The position numbers were made by a program, and so were the translations under genes. From NCBI GenBank assembly GCA_964106645.2, contig OZ067043.1: DNA of 64,000 bases; one strand, 5' to 3'. This stretch comes from Podarcis pityusensis (Eukaryota). Positions 24,471-36,759 of the stretch are shown here, piece by piece (position 1 is the first letter of the stretch; each line of letters starts with the position of its first letter). The notes beneath the pieces were generated by a model that worked only from the letters and a program-made list of their open reading frames with translations, made no database searches and was not told the DNA's origin.

Positions 24471-27213
24471 ATGCAAAATATCACTTTAAATTTGCTTTCT
24501 GAAACTTCATAGCTGCAGGGTGGACTATGAGAACAAAGATCCTCTATTTGATTGACAAAACTAGATTCATTTACAAAACACTGACCATTCAATTAGTCCA
24601 AAATACCTTCAGACCAGGAAATGTCAGTGAAGATAAGACCTTTGGAGTTGGGTTTCTCATAGATTAATCTCAAGAGCTAGCAGTGATCAGCTGAAGTAAG
24701 CAAAGTATTCTTTGATTTTCTAGAAGTTAACATCTCTTGTCTTTTTATATTTGCTTTTCAATAAGCCAAGAGATATCTCTGTATCAGTGAAAACAAAATA
24801 AACCAAAACAATCTGTTAGACAATGTCTCGTCTGTCTTTCTCCTTTTTTAAAACAGAAGAGTCCATTTCATAAGCCTCTTTGTTTCTAAGAACTGAATAG
24901 CACCGCCAGATCGCTTGCACATCTTTTGCCATTGCATCATTAGTGCTTGTTTTTACACAGTTTTGCCCTTGACTGTGTTTCGTATTGTTGTTGTTTAAAT
25001 GACAGTTCTAAGCACAAATTTAATTGCTTTTTTGCTAGTGAGATAATAATTTGAAAAAGTAAATAAATATAAGATTTTAGTGCACATAAAGCTTAAGTAA
25101 CAAGCTGATAGAAATGTCAAGGTAATGAGAAAAAGTTAAACATTCCCTCTCCCTTTTCCTATGGTAGGTGAAATCATGCAGGATTATAACTTAGTCTGCC
25201 ATCAAGGCTATTAGAATCAGAACAGTATTTATTGTTATTGTGTTATCTAATTAAGGTCCGTAAACCATAGAAGAATAAAACAACAATGTACAAGGCAATT
25301 AAGACTTTCATAAAGGTGTAGATAAGGCTATTAACAGCAGCTGCATTGAATTAAAAAAAAATCCTTCCAATGAGATGTTAGCAACTGACTTAGGAAAGCA
25401 TGCCTGTTACCAAATATCCTAGTCTTATTTCACAACCAAAGTAGCAGTTCTTTACCAAAAAGTTCAGAGTTAACTAGTTTATAACTGATGTACTACATAC
25501 CGTAATTGTTTGTGGTCTCTGTTGAAAAAGTGGAAAGAAGAATCAATTGCACTAGCTATGCCCAAGAGGCTCTTTGGATCCCGGCTATATTCTTGGCTAT
25601 GCAAAAAGGACTTTCAAATCTGTAGATGCAATGCTAAGCACATAGAGTGTTATGCAGAGGTGCCCTAGTATTTAGTAGAGCTTTACACTCCCACCCCCAG
25701 GTTGCCACTGTGCTGTCTGGTGCACAGCATTGTGGCCAGTATGTTAATTCCAAGGCAGGCTTTCCGCACCTTCCCTGTAAGCATTTGTAGGGGGAATCTG
25801 TGGACCCCTGATGAAGAGGCTACTGCCCAGAAACACAACAACAGTTAGCTTTTGGGTGCTTGCAAAGGAGGTGTGGAAGAAGAATCTGCCTTGGAATAAA
25901 TAGCACAAAGGTGGCCCAGTGGGGGACCGAGCACTCCATTAGGGCACCTGCACATACTACTGTGTAACCGTTTAACCCTGTAAGTTCTGATTCTCCTCAC
26001 AACATCTGCACCCATTTGCTCATTCTTAATTAGCAGCTGTGCTGTTACAAACACACCTTTGTTTTATTTTATTCTTTTGTGTTCATGTATGCTCCAGTCC
26101 AAGGATCCATTGCCCATTCAACTCTGTGGATCTGTTTCCTCCTTTGGAGTGAATGGGAATGCTGATGCAGTCATTCACTCAATATATGTGGTGTAGCTTC
26201 CACAAAACAAATTGCAGATTGACAAAATGGTTCAAAGAGAGCTGTGCAATGGGCTTTTAAGTAGGGGAACTTGCATAAGAAGAGTGAGAGATGTTAGAAT
26301 GCTCTCTCTGTGCATGGATATCATTGCGCTTGCTGTAAGAATTTATCACCGCTGGGTTTCAGATCATAAGAACCCAATGTCTGGATACATGTCAGAGTGT
26401 GAATTTCCCAATGTAATTCTGTTAAATTCTCTTTAAATGGGTAGTGTATTCAAATGCTGAAAATATCTGATGCCACAGGCTTAGCCTGTCCAGGGAAGAT
26501 GGACTGATAAACAGAAATTCTTTTGCATTTGTCAGAGTTGGGCATGGTTGATAGTATGCCTTTGTTCCATTCTTTTAAATGCCTTGCAACTTTACTTGAG
26601 ACATGTGGTTCTGTATTTAGCAAGCCATGCATTAGTGATATAATGACTCAGATGGGCTTTGTCACATCAACACCTGCCTCTGAAAGCTGTCTCAGGTCCT
26701 GCAGTACATCCTGCTGAGCAGGAACCTGAAAACAGGCTTTCCTATCTGAAAAATGCTTCTTTCTGTGATACCCTGTTTCCTGTTGCTAGTCTCTCTCTGT
26801 TCCAGGTACATTCACCTCTGATTCTGTCCAGCCCACAGCCCACAAGGAACAGAACAAAACAGTACAGTACAGTGTTTGTTGCAGAACTGGTGCTCCTCAT
26901 ATGTGCCTGGTTTTGTAGTGACCATGCAATGTCATCGGTAGCCTCTCTTTTTGCACCATTTAATCTGATTTTTTGCTTTCCAGGAAAAATTCTGTTAACC
27001 TTTCTCCCCCCTAAAACAAAAATTGTAACATTCTTTGATTATGTCACTACCACAGTTAAATAACTCTGATGCATCCTGTTGTTTACCAGAGATTGTGACT
27101 AACTTGGTTAGCATTTACATCTCCATTTGCTCGTTCCTAACTGGAAGCTGCATTGTTGCTGCTGATGTGTGCTAAGACCTGGTGCTTGTGGTGGTTGGTA
27201 AATCTCCAGCAAA

Positions 27214-27217
<4 letters not shown>

Positions 27218-27250
<33 letters not shown>
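27218..27250. repeat. (TG)n microsatellite
   Basis: About 16 units ending about 30 nt upstream of the exon 2 acceptor. Confidence 0.95.
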
Positions 27251-27251
<1 letters not shown>

Positions 27252-27279
27252 GTCTTATGTCTGGTTTTCTTCTTTTAAG

Positions 27280-27430
27280 GTGCCTCGTCTCCGGACATAG
27301 AGTCTAACTATGGGGGAGGCCTGTTAGACATGATGAAAGGAGGAGCAGGGAGACTGTTCAGCAACTTAAAGGATAACTTGAAGGACACTCTTAAAGACAC
27401 TTCTACGAAAGTTATGCAATCTGTTGCAAG
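27280..27430 (+). CDS. DNAJC6: DNAJC6 exon 2 (151 nt)
   Basis: ttttaag|GT GCC TCG TCT. ASSPDIESNYGGGLLDMMKGGAGRLFSNLKDNLKDTLKDTSTKVMQSVA. Donor AG|gtacta. Confidence 0.96.
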
Positions 27431-28024
27431 GTACTATGAAACAAAAGCCCTGGAGAGCTCAGCTAGTAAAATAGTAAGCTTAGTAATTATTTCCCTGTCA
27501 CAGGGAAATAATCAGATTTTAGTAGGCTTGGACAAAGGGATTATTTAGCACCCTGGTGAGATCTTAGGAGGGAAACAGAAAAGGTTGCTGTGAATTAAGC
27601 TGAATTCACTAATGCAAAACGTAGAAGCCTGAAGTTTGAATAATATTATGATGGCCCTCAAGCCACTGTGGCAAACTCCAGGAAGTCCATAAGGAAGGCA
27701 TGGAGCTACTAACTTTCCCTTTCTCTTGTTCCTCCAGCTGATACTCAGGAGCATACTTCTAGATATGAAACAGTTCCCTTTAGCCATCATAACGAATTAG
27801 CTATCAATAGCCTTATCCTCTATGAATTTGTCCAATCCTCCTTTTAGAAGCTGTCTTGTGGAAGTGAACCCCATAAATTAACTCTGTACTGAGTGAAGCT
27901 TTATTTCTGCTTGTTTGCTCTGAACTTACTGTCAGTCAAAACCACTGGTAGACCCTGAGTTATAGACAGGAAGAAGAACTTCTCTCTAGCCATAAATTAT
28001 TCACTTTTTGGAAATGAATATCCT

Positions 28025-28572
28025 CAAAAAGGTTAGTGTAGAACTGAAAAGGGTTCAGAAAAGGGCAACCAAAATGATCAAGCAGATAGGAAAAAAATCC
28101 CCTGTGAGGAAAGGTTACTGCATTTGGGGCTTTTAAATTAGAGAAAAGGCAAGAAGAGGTGATATGACAAAAATTTATAAAAGTTTGCATGGTGTGGAGA
28201 AAGTATAGAGAGAGAAGCTTTTCAATGAAGCTAAATACTGGATGATTCCAGACAGACAAAAGAAAGTAATTTTTCACACAGTGCATAGTTAAACTATGGA
28301 ATACACTCCCATGAGAGGCAGTGCTGGCTACAAATTTGGACGCCTAGAAAAGAGGGTCAGAGGAGGGTCATGGAGGATAAGGCTATCAGTGGATGCTAAC
28401 CCCAATGGCTATTATTCTGTCTTTGCTGTCGAATGCCATTTTACTGGAATCACTGTTGTCTTCAGGTCCTGTTCATGGACTTTCCATAGTTATCTGTTAG
28501 GCCACTGTGAGAACAGGTGTTGGACTAGATGGGTCACTGGCCTGATCCAGCAGGCTCTTCTTGCATTCTTAA
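28025..28572 (+). mobile_element. CR1 LINE 3' portion
   Basis: gaactgaaaagggttcagaaaagggcaaccaaaatgatc (degenerate LEKVQKRATKMI-type motif) through ggcctgatccagcaggctcttcttgcattctta. Confidence 0.8.
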
Positions 28573-29801
28573 CTTGGTCTAAAAGTGTGTGGAATTCAAG
28601 ATAAGTAAGGGATTTGTCTGAAAGCTGAGATCTTCAGTATTCAGGCTAGTGGTAACCATGAGCACAAATTCATGAGGCAGCTTCTTTCCTAATGTTCAAA
28701 GTGACCCCTGCAGCCACCATTTTCTTGCTCTAAGAGGCCCTTCTGTCATTTTGCTCTTTGAGTCAAATGTACTGAAACAGCAAAGGAACATTTAATATTA
28801 GTTGAGTAAACACCATGGGTGGTATCTAACAAAGTAGTTCCCTTAGTGCAAGAATTTCTGTTTGCACAATGGAACTTGCCCTCCCTAAATTTACTCCAGA
28901 GGTTTTGGGGAAAACCCAGAACAGATTTAGGGAGCATGAATGAAAAGAAGAGGGAGGGGAAGTTTTCTTGGCTGCCCAGGGATCCTTGTCCTAACAGAAC
29001 TACATTCTTGGATACTATCTATTGAATTATTTAGCTGCCATTATATGCAGTTATCTACAAATAAAGACCCAGGATGAGCTTTGTAGTTGTTGTTTTTTTA
29101 ACTACCTAATTTCTAATATTACAAAATAGCTTGAGATTTTAGACATTTCCAACAGAGTCGTGAGAGTGAAAGGCAATGAATCCCAATTCAGGAATGAAGC
29201 AACTGTGGCCATCCCAGAGGTTGGGCTACAACTTCCATCATCCCTGACTACTGTACTTCCTGGTTGGTGTTTATGGGAGAAGGAGACCAGCAACATCTGA
29301 GGTCACAGGTTTCCCATCCCTCATATACTTTACTGTTACCTGAAAGAGAGCGAGAGAGAAAGCTCATGGGAACTATTTCTTAAACCACCTTAGGTTCCAT
29401 GACAGAAGAAAAGGAGGGCTATACATATAAAAATATTTTTTTGGTTCATCTCTTAACGCATTCTGGTGCAGGGCCAGTTTAAAATCAATAGCTAATTGAC
29501 ATGAAATATCTTCATAATTGCAAGAGAGAGAGATATTCAGCTGCATAGTCAGAAGTGAAGTAATATGAATCCAGGAATCAGAGAGGAACCACAGGGGCAT
29601 AGTGCACCCCCAAAATATGGGGAAATGCTGTGCATTACAAGATGCTGCAGTTGTCTCTTTGCTGAGCGAATATGATTATTACTTTACAGACACAGGGAAG
29701 TCTTGTGCATAGGCCTTAATGGGACATGGAACATCTATAAAATTTCTGTTGATTTTGGTGTGTGTATTAACCAGCATTTATTTTCCTGTCTTTTAAAATA
29801 G

Positions 29802-29851
29802 CTACACCAAGGGAGAACTAGATATTTCTTACATTACCTCAAGAATTATTG
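29802..29851 (+). CDS. DNAJC6: DNAJC6 exon 3 (50 nt)
   Basis: atag|C TAC ACC AAG. YTKGELDISYITSRII, start of the tensin/PTEN-like domain. Donor G|gtaagt. Confidence 0.96.
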
Positions 29852-29984
29852 GTAAGTGTGTGAGTTACTTCAAACAATGAAGCAGTGCTCCATGTAGCAA
29901 TGCAGCCATGTTAGACTTGTTAATTGTCAATCTTGTATCTTTTCTGGTTTAGAATGTAAACTTACATTTTTCATGTCTTGATAG

Positions 29985-30133
29985 TGATGTCATTTCCTGG
30001 TGAAGGAGTTGAACTAGGATTTAGGAATCATATTGATGATGTACGGACGTTCTTGGATACAAGACATCCTGACCACTACACAGTTTTCAATTTGTCACCG
30101 AAGTCTTATCGTACTACCAGGTTTCATAATAGA
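29985..30133 (+). CDS. DNAJC6: DNAJC6 exon 4 (149 nt)
   Basis: VMSFPGEGVELGFRNHIDDVRTFLDTRHPDHYTVFNLSPKSYRTTRFHNR. Flanks ag| and |gtaagt. Confidence 0.96.
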
Positions 30134-31925
30134 GTAAGTGACTTCTGCCGGTACTGTGATTTGACACAGACTATCACAGGGTGTTAGCTCTGTTTGTAAG
30201 ATTATGCATGTTATCTTTACGACCTTCTCTATGCAAAACAGGTGCTCTACTGGTGAGCTACATCCACTCAAGTTGGCAAGGAAAAAAGAGGTGCCTAAAT
30301 TATGGAAAGGCCTCTAAAAGTAGAGGTTCAGATGGGTACTTCTTTGCCTGCTTTTAACCAATATCATAAGACCATGTTATTCTGATGGACTTATATTTTT
30401 GGATGGAGCCTGTACTAAGTTTTTGTTTGTTATTTGCTGATATTTATATGGTGCTGTCTTACTGATATTTGGCTAGTTTGTGTATTGTTAGGACACTTAT
30501 TGTTAGACTGTTATATGCTTCCATTAAAAAAATCGCCTTGGAAATAATGTGGAAATGAGTGCTTAACTTGTGCTGTATTCTACTATAATCCACTATAATT
30601 CTGGAAGTAGCTTTTACATCAAGCTGCTTTTATATAATATGGAAATTAGATTTTAGGGAAGTGTCATGAAAATGGAATAAACTGCCATGTGAATGCAGCT
30701 TTTGAGAACAATGGCAGGGCCTAGCCCCAAGCTGGATAAATACACTTACTGGAAACAAATACCATTGAGACTAATGAGGTGTACTACCACAGAATAATGT
30801 GGGTGCATGCAACCTGGAATTTTGTAATAGATTGTGGACAAAATGCTAGGGACTAGTGTATACTTGATACAAAGAGCACTTATTAGTCAAGCATGCAGGA
30901 AAAGTAATGCATATTTCAGAAGAGCTACTTTAATTATTATTTAAATTATTTAATTATTATTAATATTATTTAAAATAGTTTTAGGCAGTTTTTCTGGGCA
31001 AAGGCCCACCCAGTGTATCTTCTTCACTGTTCATTATTCTGTATGTGGTGTTATCTAAATTTGCACAGACAGTTCTTTTGCTGCAGTGCAAAGAATGGCT
31101 GGCACTTATATTGTTGTGCCTCAATAATAGAAGAAAGTTCTTGTTCATGGAAACTCATGTATTAGCTTAAGCTGCCTTAATCTTGTGGCTTTCAGTGAGA
31201 TGTAAGCAGCCCAGTTGTACACAGAATTGCAGCCATTGTCCTTAGTTGCCACAGGTCTCTTTGCAATTATATCAATTTCATTTGGTTAGCGACCTCTCTC
31301 CCTTTATTAAATATATTGTAATTTTCAAAGTAGTATGATTGTTTTTTTAAAAAAGCCATGCCTGAAATTTTTGTTTTTAATTCCTGAATTCTGTAATAAA
31401 TTGTTACTGTTAACTGGGTAGCTGCTGAATTATTGTGTGCTATGCAAGCACAGTACTCAAAACACTAGGGCTGCATGCATACACACCATACATTTTAAAG
31501 CACAGTATTATTAATATTATTGTTGTTGTTTCAACAAGTTATATACAGTTTAATTTACAATCATCTCTAAGTGGTGTGCAGAAGATTAAATAAAATTTTT
31601 TTTAAAAACTATTTTAAAAAAACTTCAACTAAAATGCTTGCTGGAATAATAAAAAAAGTCTTCAGTGGATGCCTGACCTAAACTGGAAATTTGAAACAAA
31701 ATTTGACCCACAACACTGAATGCACAGCTCCTAAGAGATATGAGCTGTGCATCCAAGCCTTGGCGGACCATTAACAGTGACTCCTCTGATGACCTCAGTG
31801 ATTAGGCAGGAACTTAAGGTATCAGGCAATCCCTAAGGTATCCAGGGTCTGAGGGCCTTGTAAATCAGTGTAGGAACTTCCACAACTTCTTCCAAATTAT
31901 TCTGGGAACTGTCATTTGTTTAGGG

Positions 31926-32061
31926 CAGGTATAGGCAAACTCAGCCCTCCAGATGTTTTTGGACTACAACTCCCATCATCCCTAGCTAACAGGTCCAGTG
32001 GTCAGGGATGATGGGAGTTGTAGTCCCAAAACATCTGGAGGGCCGAGTTTGCCTATGCCTG
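31926..32061. mobile_element. 136-bp palindromic hAT-type MITE
   Basis: Arms of about 58 bp are nearly perfectly complementary. Perfect 8-bp TSD gtttaggg (31918-31925, 32062-32069). Confidence 0.93.
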
Positions 32062-32286
32062 GTTTAGGGTGCTGGGAATTTTAGCTGTGAGGGGAAAACT
32101 ACAGAAAAGACTTGAATCTTTTCTTTCTAAACCATGAATTTTTATGTTTGCTAAGCAACCCTTTGTTTAATGTTTGAGAAACGTGCTTAAAGGGGCAGCT
32201 TGTCCATTAAAATGAATGGAGCAGATGACCTAACATGTTACTATGAAATTTCAAATTAACCTTTCCTTACTTTGTGACTTCTTTAG

Positions 32287-32409
32287 GTATCTGAATGTAG
32301 CTGGCCAATTAGACAAGCACCAAGTCTCCATAACCTCTATGCTGTATGTAAGAACATGCATAACTGGTTGCAGCAGAATCCCAAAAATGTTTGTGTCATC
32401 CACTGTATG
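32287..32409 (+). CDS. DNAJC6: DNAJC6 exon 5 (123 nt)
   Basis: VSECSWPIRQAPSLHNLYAVCKNMHNWLQQNPKNVCVIHCM. Flanks tttag| and |gtaagt. Confidence 0.96.
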
Positions 32410-33391
32410 GTAAGTCAGGCAGTAAGTAATCACTTTTCAAGAAAAGTCTGATCACAAAACAGCTTGTTTATAGAGGAACTGAGAAACTGCTGACTCATTT
32501 TTAAAAGCTCATGGTGGTGTACAATAAAGTGTGTATGGTGGTATCCAATTAAGTCATTTGTTGTCAGCGAAATTATTTGATTGTGGTGCCCTAAATATTT
32601 TGTGGTTCTTCCCTCAACCTTCTAGAGCAGATTTGGGGAGGGTGCACAAAGTGAGATGGGGGGGGGAGTTGTGCAACTGTAAATCCTTGTGCTGACAGGA
32701 CCTGTTGGTTGGATTCTGCCTGCGTATTTTTATTTTTAAAGATCAATTAATTATGGATAACTTTTTAGTAAGCCTAATTGATTAAAAGTCACAGTCTTAC
32801 TAATATGCTTGATGCTGTACCCCAACAACAAAGCCAAAAAGAGGAATAAAAAGGAATATCAATTCCAGCCTGTCAGGGACACAGAAGTACCTTTCTGAGT
32901 AAATCTCAGCTGAACAGAAGGCTGATTCATGGGTTACTGAGCCAGTGTGGAGATAAATAAAAGCTGTTTCATTGTGGCATTGCTACAATGTTGACAAGCT
33001 TCTTGCCACATCTGCCTACTCAATTGCATGGAGAGTCTCCACACTAGAGCCACTACTGTAGTTGCTAGGGAAATGTAGTGCTGGTATGGAGGCTGGAAGA
33101 TGCAGTAAGAGGTTTGCTGATGGTTTAATAGAAACAGTTTTTCATAGACTCTGTATTGGTCCTCAGAATTAATTGTGTGGATGTCACTGGCTTATGAGTT
33201 GTATCTTTACAGTAGTTTGGGAGCATTAATGGTATTTGCATTCAATTGCTACTGTATGAATTTAGTATTAAAGCCAGGAAGCTTCTATCTTGAGAGAACC
33301 TTGATCAAATAATGTTGTATGCATTACACAGAAACTGGCAAACCTTCCCCTCTAATTAGCCTGATAGATGCTCTTGTGTTTTATTTGACAG

Positions 33392-33525
33392 GATGGTCGT
33401 GTAGCATCAGCAGTCCTGGTCAGTGCAATGTTCTGTTTCTGTCATCTCTTCTCTAATCCAATTCCTGCCATTCAGTTGTTAAATTCAAAGAGACCTGGAA
33501 TAGTACTCTGGCCATCCCACAGAAG
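33392..33525 (+). CDS. DNAJC6: DNAJC6 exon 6 (134 nt)
   Basis: DGRVASAVLVSAMFCFCHLFSNPIPAIQLLNSKRPGIVLWPSHR(R). Flanks acag| and |gtaagt. Confidence 0.96.
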
Positions 33526-34299
33526 GTAAGTTTTCCTGACGGACCAAATGTCTAAACACGTGAAATGTGACTTTCCATTTCTTTATTTCTTGGAGTCAGA
33601 TTTTATTCAGTTCCACCCTTCCTGTCTGTTTAAAGCTATGTATCTACACTGAAATCAGTGGGAATTCATTTTATCCAGTCACTGACTGGTTGAAGGCAGA
33701 TTGGCAACAGTTCAGCAAAACAAATGCTTTCAGCTAGGGCTTCAATGATCCCACTGGGTTCCTAAAGCTGCATTCCAAAACACAAGTATTCCTAAATTGC
33801 TTTGGTCCCGTATAAATTAGACTGTTCCAGTATAAGTGGGAGTAATAATTTTTAGTCATTAGTAATCTCAAGCCCTGGATTTTTGACAATCACAAGAGCT
33901 TCAAGACTTTAAAATGTGGTATCCCTACCACAAATGAGGAGCTGTAATCCAGCAGCATTTGGAGGGCCACAGGTTCCTGATCCCTATTCTGAACTTTAAA
34001 GGAATATTAACTTAGGACCTGTTTTTACACTCAATTGGTAGTAGTCCTGTTGTCAGGGGAGAGAAGAGCCAAATCCTTTTGCAGCTTTCAAACAGAACTG
34101 CATCAGGGATTGCATTTGTAAGATGCTTATGTTATACTTGCTTTATCCTCATGGGATTTTTGCCCCTGAGATCTCTAATCTTATATTTTAAAATTAGACA
34201 CAGCATTCCTGTTCCTTGACAGCAGGATTTCTACTATTGAAAATACTAGATTCTGCAACTTGAGGAACCCCAAATACTTTTATAGAGTTAAAGGATGCA

Positions 34300-34335
<36 letters not shown>

Positions 34336-34610
34336 CCCTGCCTATCTGGCTGGGTTTCCCCAGTCACCCTGGGTGGCTTACAGCATATCAAAAAACATAA
34401 TAAAAACATCAAGCATTAAAAACCTCCTGATACAGGGCTGCCTTCAGATGTCTTCTAAAAGTTGTGTAATTCTTTACCTCCTTGACATCTGAAGGGAGGG
34501 CGTTCCACAGGGAGGGCGCCACTACTGAGAGGGCCCTCTTCCTGGTTCCCTGCAACTTCGCTTATCCCAGTGAGGGAACCAGCAGAAGACCCTCGAAAGA
34601 GGACCTCAGC
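34300..34610 (-). mobile_element. LINE (L2-like) 3' fragment with (TTA)n tail
   Basis: (tta)n followed by taccctgcctatctggctgggtttccccagtcaccctggg...gggagggcgttccacagggagggcgcc. Ends about 50 nt upstream of the exon 7 acceptor. Confidence 0.7.
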
Positions 34611-34658
34611 AAAGCAGTAATATGAATGGACCCCTCTTAATTATTTTTCTCATTGCAG

Positions 34659-34853
34659 GTATGTAGGATATATTTGTGATCTAATAGCAGACAAACCTAT
34701 TCAACCTCACTGCAAGCCTCTAACTATCAAATCAGTCCTCTTCAGTCCAGTGCCCTGTTTCAACAAGCAGAGAACAGGCTGCCGGCCTTTCTGTGACATT
34801 CTTATTGGAGAAACCAGAATCTTCACGACCTCCCAAGAGTATGAAAGAATGAA
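34659..34853 (+). CDS. DNAJC6: DNAJC6 exon 7 (195 nt)
   Basis: YVGYICDLIADKPIQPHCKPLTIKSVLFSPVPCFNKQRTGCRPFCDILIGETRIFTTSQEYERM(K), start of the C2 domain. Flanks gcag| and |gtgagt. Confidence 0.96.
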
Positions 34854-35533
34854 GTGAGTGCCACTGTGTTTACTTAGAATACCTCTGCACCCATATATAC
34901 AAAGCAGGGGAAGGAGCTATCTAGAGCACACAAGTTACTTATGCCCCCAGGCACCAGTAAACATGCTGGTTGTATCCCCTGGTTGATACGTGATCAACAC
35001 CAGTCTGAAATATAGGTATGGGTATCTGCCTGGGTCTGTGTCAATACAGCTGTGGCTATTTGAATGGGAACCAGGATTTCCCAATGCATATGTGTGTAGC
35101 AGCTTCCTATCTTCACACTGGCTCTTATCATACATGAACTGGGAAGTACTGCCACCATACATGTTGGCCATGTTCTGGATGAGCCCTTCACACATTGGGC
35201 ACCTACAGATACATAATGTTTAAATAGGGATAATGTTTTGCCTCTGAAGTTTGATTTTTGTACTATGGACTGTTTCAAATTCTGTGCATTTTCTGCATAG
35301 AGTATATTTGTGGATGTTGGAATAGGCTGTAGCTTGTGCTATGAGAGAGAAGGGAGGTAAACAAACCAGCCAAACCAAGACTTCCTTCTTGTTAACTGGC
35401 CCAACCTACTCCTTCTACTGGGTAGAGTGGTACAGTACTTGGGTGTGGGTTAAGGTCACTGTGAATTTTGTTTTGACAGTTCTGATTAATATTACAAGAG
35501 TTGTAAAGTAAAAGTTATTTTACTTTTCTTTAG

Positions 35534-35651
35534 GGAATTCCGTATTCAAGAAGGAAAAGTTGTAATTCCGTTAGGAGTCACTGTCCATGGCGACGTAGTG
35601 GTTTCTGTCTACCATATGCGATCAACTATTGGGGGACGACTTCAAGCTAAA
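35534..35651 (+). CDS. DNAJC6: DNAJC6 exon 8 (118 nt)
   Basis: EFRIQEGKVVIPLGVTVHGDVVVSVYHMRSTIGGRLQAK. Flanks tttag| and |gtatga. Confidence 0.96.
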
Positions 35652-36679
35652 GTATGACTTGATGCATTTGTTGAATGTAAAGCTAAACAAGTGGGGGGGG
35701 GGGTTAGCCAACTCCAGATTCTTTAATACTGTGGTGAGGTTACAGTGGGATGTCAAAATCGAAAGACACAATGAGAAGATCAAAAGCAGCTGCTGAAGTC
35801 AAATCACAAAAGGGAAGAGAGAATGGTTTCCGGATGTTTTTCAAGACATTCACTTTATCAAGGGAAATTTATTCCAATACTTTGGGGGTAATGCTTGGTA
35901 CTGCTCTTCTTTCAGCTCATCTAAGCAGACCAAAAAGAAAACAGATGTTCCCTTTCTGCAGTACACAGTTCTGCACCCAATTTTTTTTTAAAAAAACTGG
36001 GAGATATGGAAGCAAAATAAGAATGAGGCAGTGGTGCTACTTATTGAAAGATGTTTGGTAGTTTGTCTAATAATATTGCTGAACAAGTATTGATGTCACT
36101 TTAGACTACAGTCCAGTTCAGAAACTTATGGAGAAACTTGAACTGTCTTCACAAAGTAATATCCCTCTATGTGGTGACAACAACACATAAATTCTTATTA
36201 TGCATAGTCCATTCCCTTTCCGAAAGGGGTGGACAGATCATGCAGAACTAAGTCAGAATTTATGTTATTACTGATAACATAAAAGTGATAATAATTCTAT
36301 ATTGTACAGAATAATTCTATACCATGAGCAGTATGTTTCATTCGTGTCTTAGTCACATGAATATTAGGAGGGAGTGCCATCATGTTTTATGACTCAGATA
36401 TCATTACATTTTATGTACTCATGGTAAGCAGGGCAAATGGGCTTCTGTTTCTACCCCCACTGTAAGAATTGAATGCAATAGAAAGATCCATATTTCCTAA
36501 CCCTGATCCAAAAGTATGCAATATTTTCATACTTTGTTATAATGAAGGATTTGAATTTGCAAAATAACTGTTTAAGCCTGCTACACACTAACTTACTAAT
36601 ACCTGCATACTATACACCAAATATTTTATTTTTGTGAGGGGGGTTGATTTTAAAATTGTGTTTTAATGTTTTCTTTTAG

Positions 36680-36759
36680 ATGACGAACACACAAATATTC
36701 CAGATTCAGTTTCACACTGGATTTATAGCCTTGGGAACAACGGTATTAAAATTCAATAA
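36680..36759 (+). CDS. DNAJC6: DNAJC6 exon 9 (80 nt)
   Basis: MTNTQIFQIQFHTGFIALGTTVLKFN(K). Flanks tttag| and |gtaagt. Confidence 0.96.
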
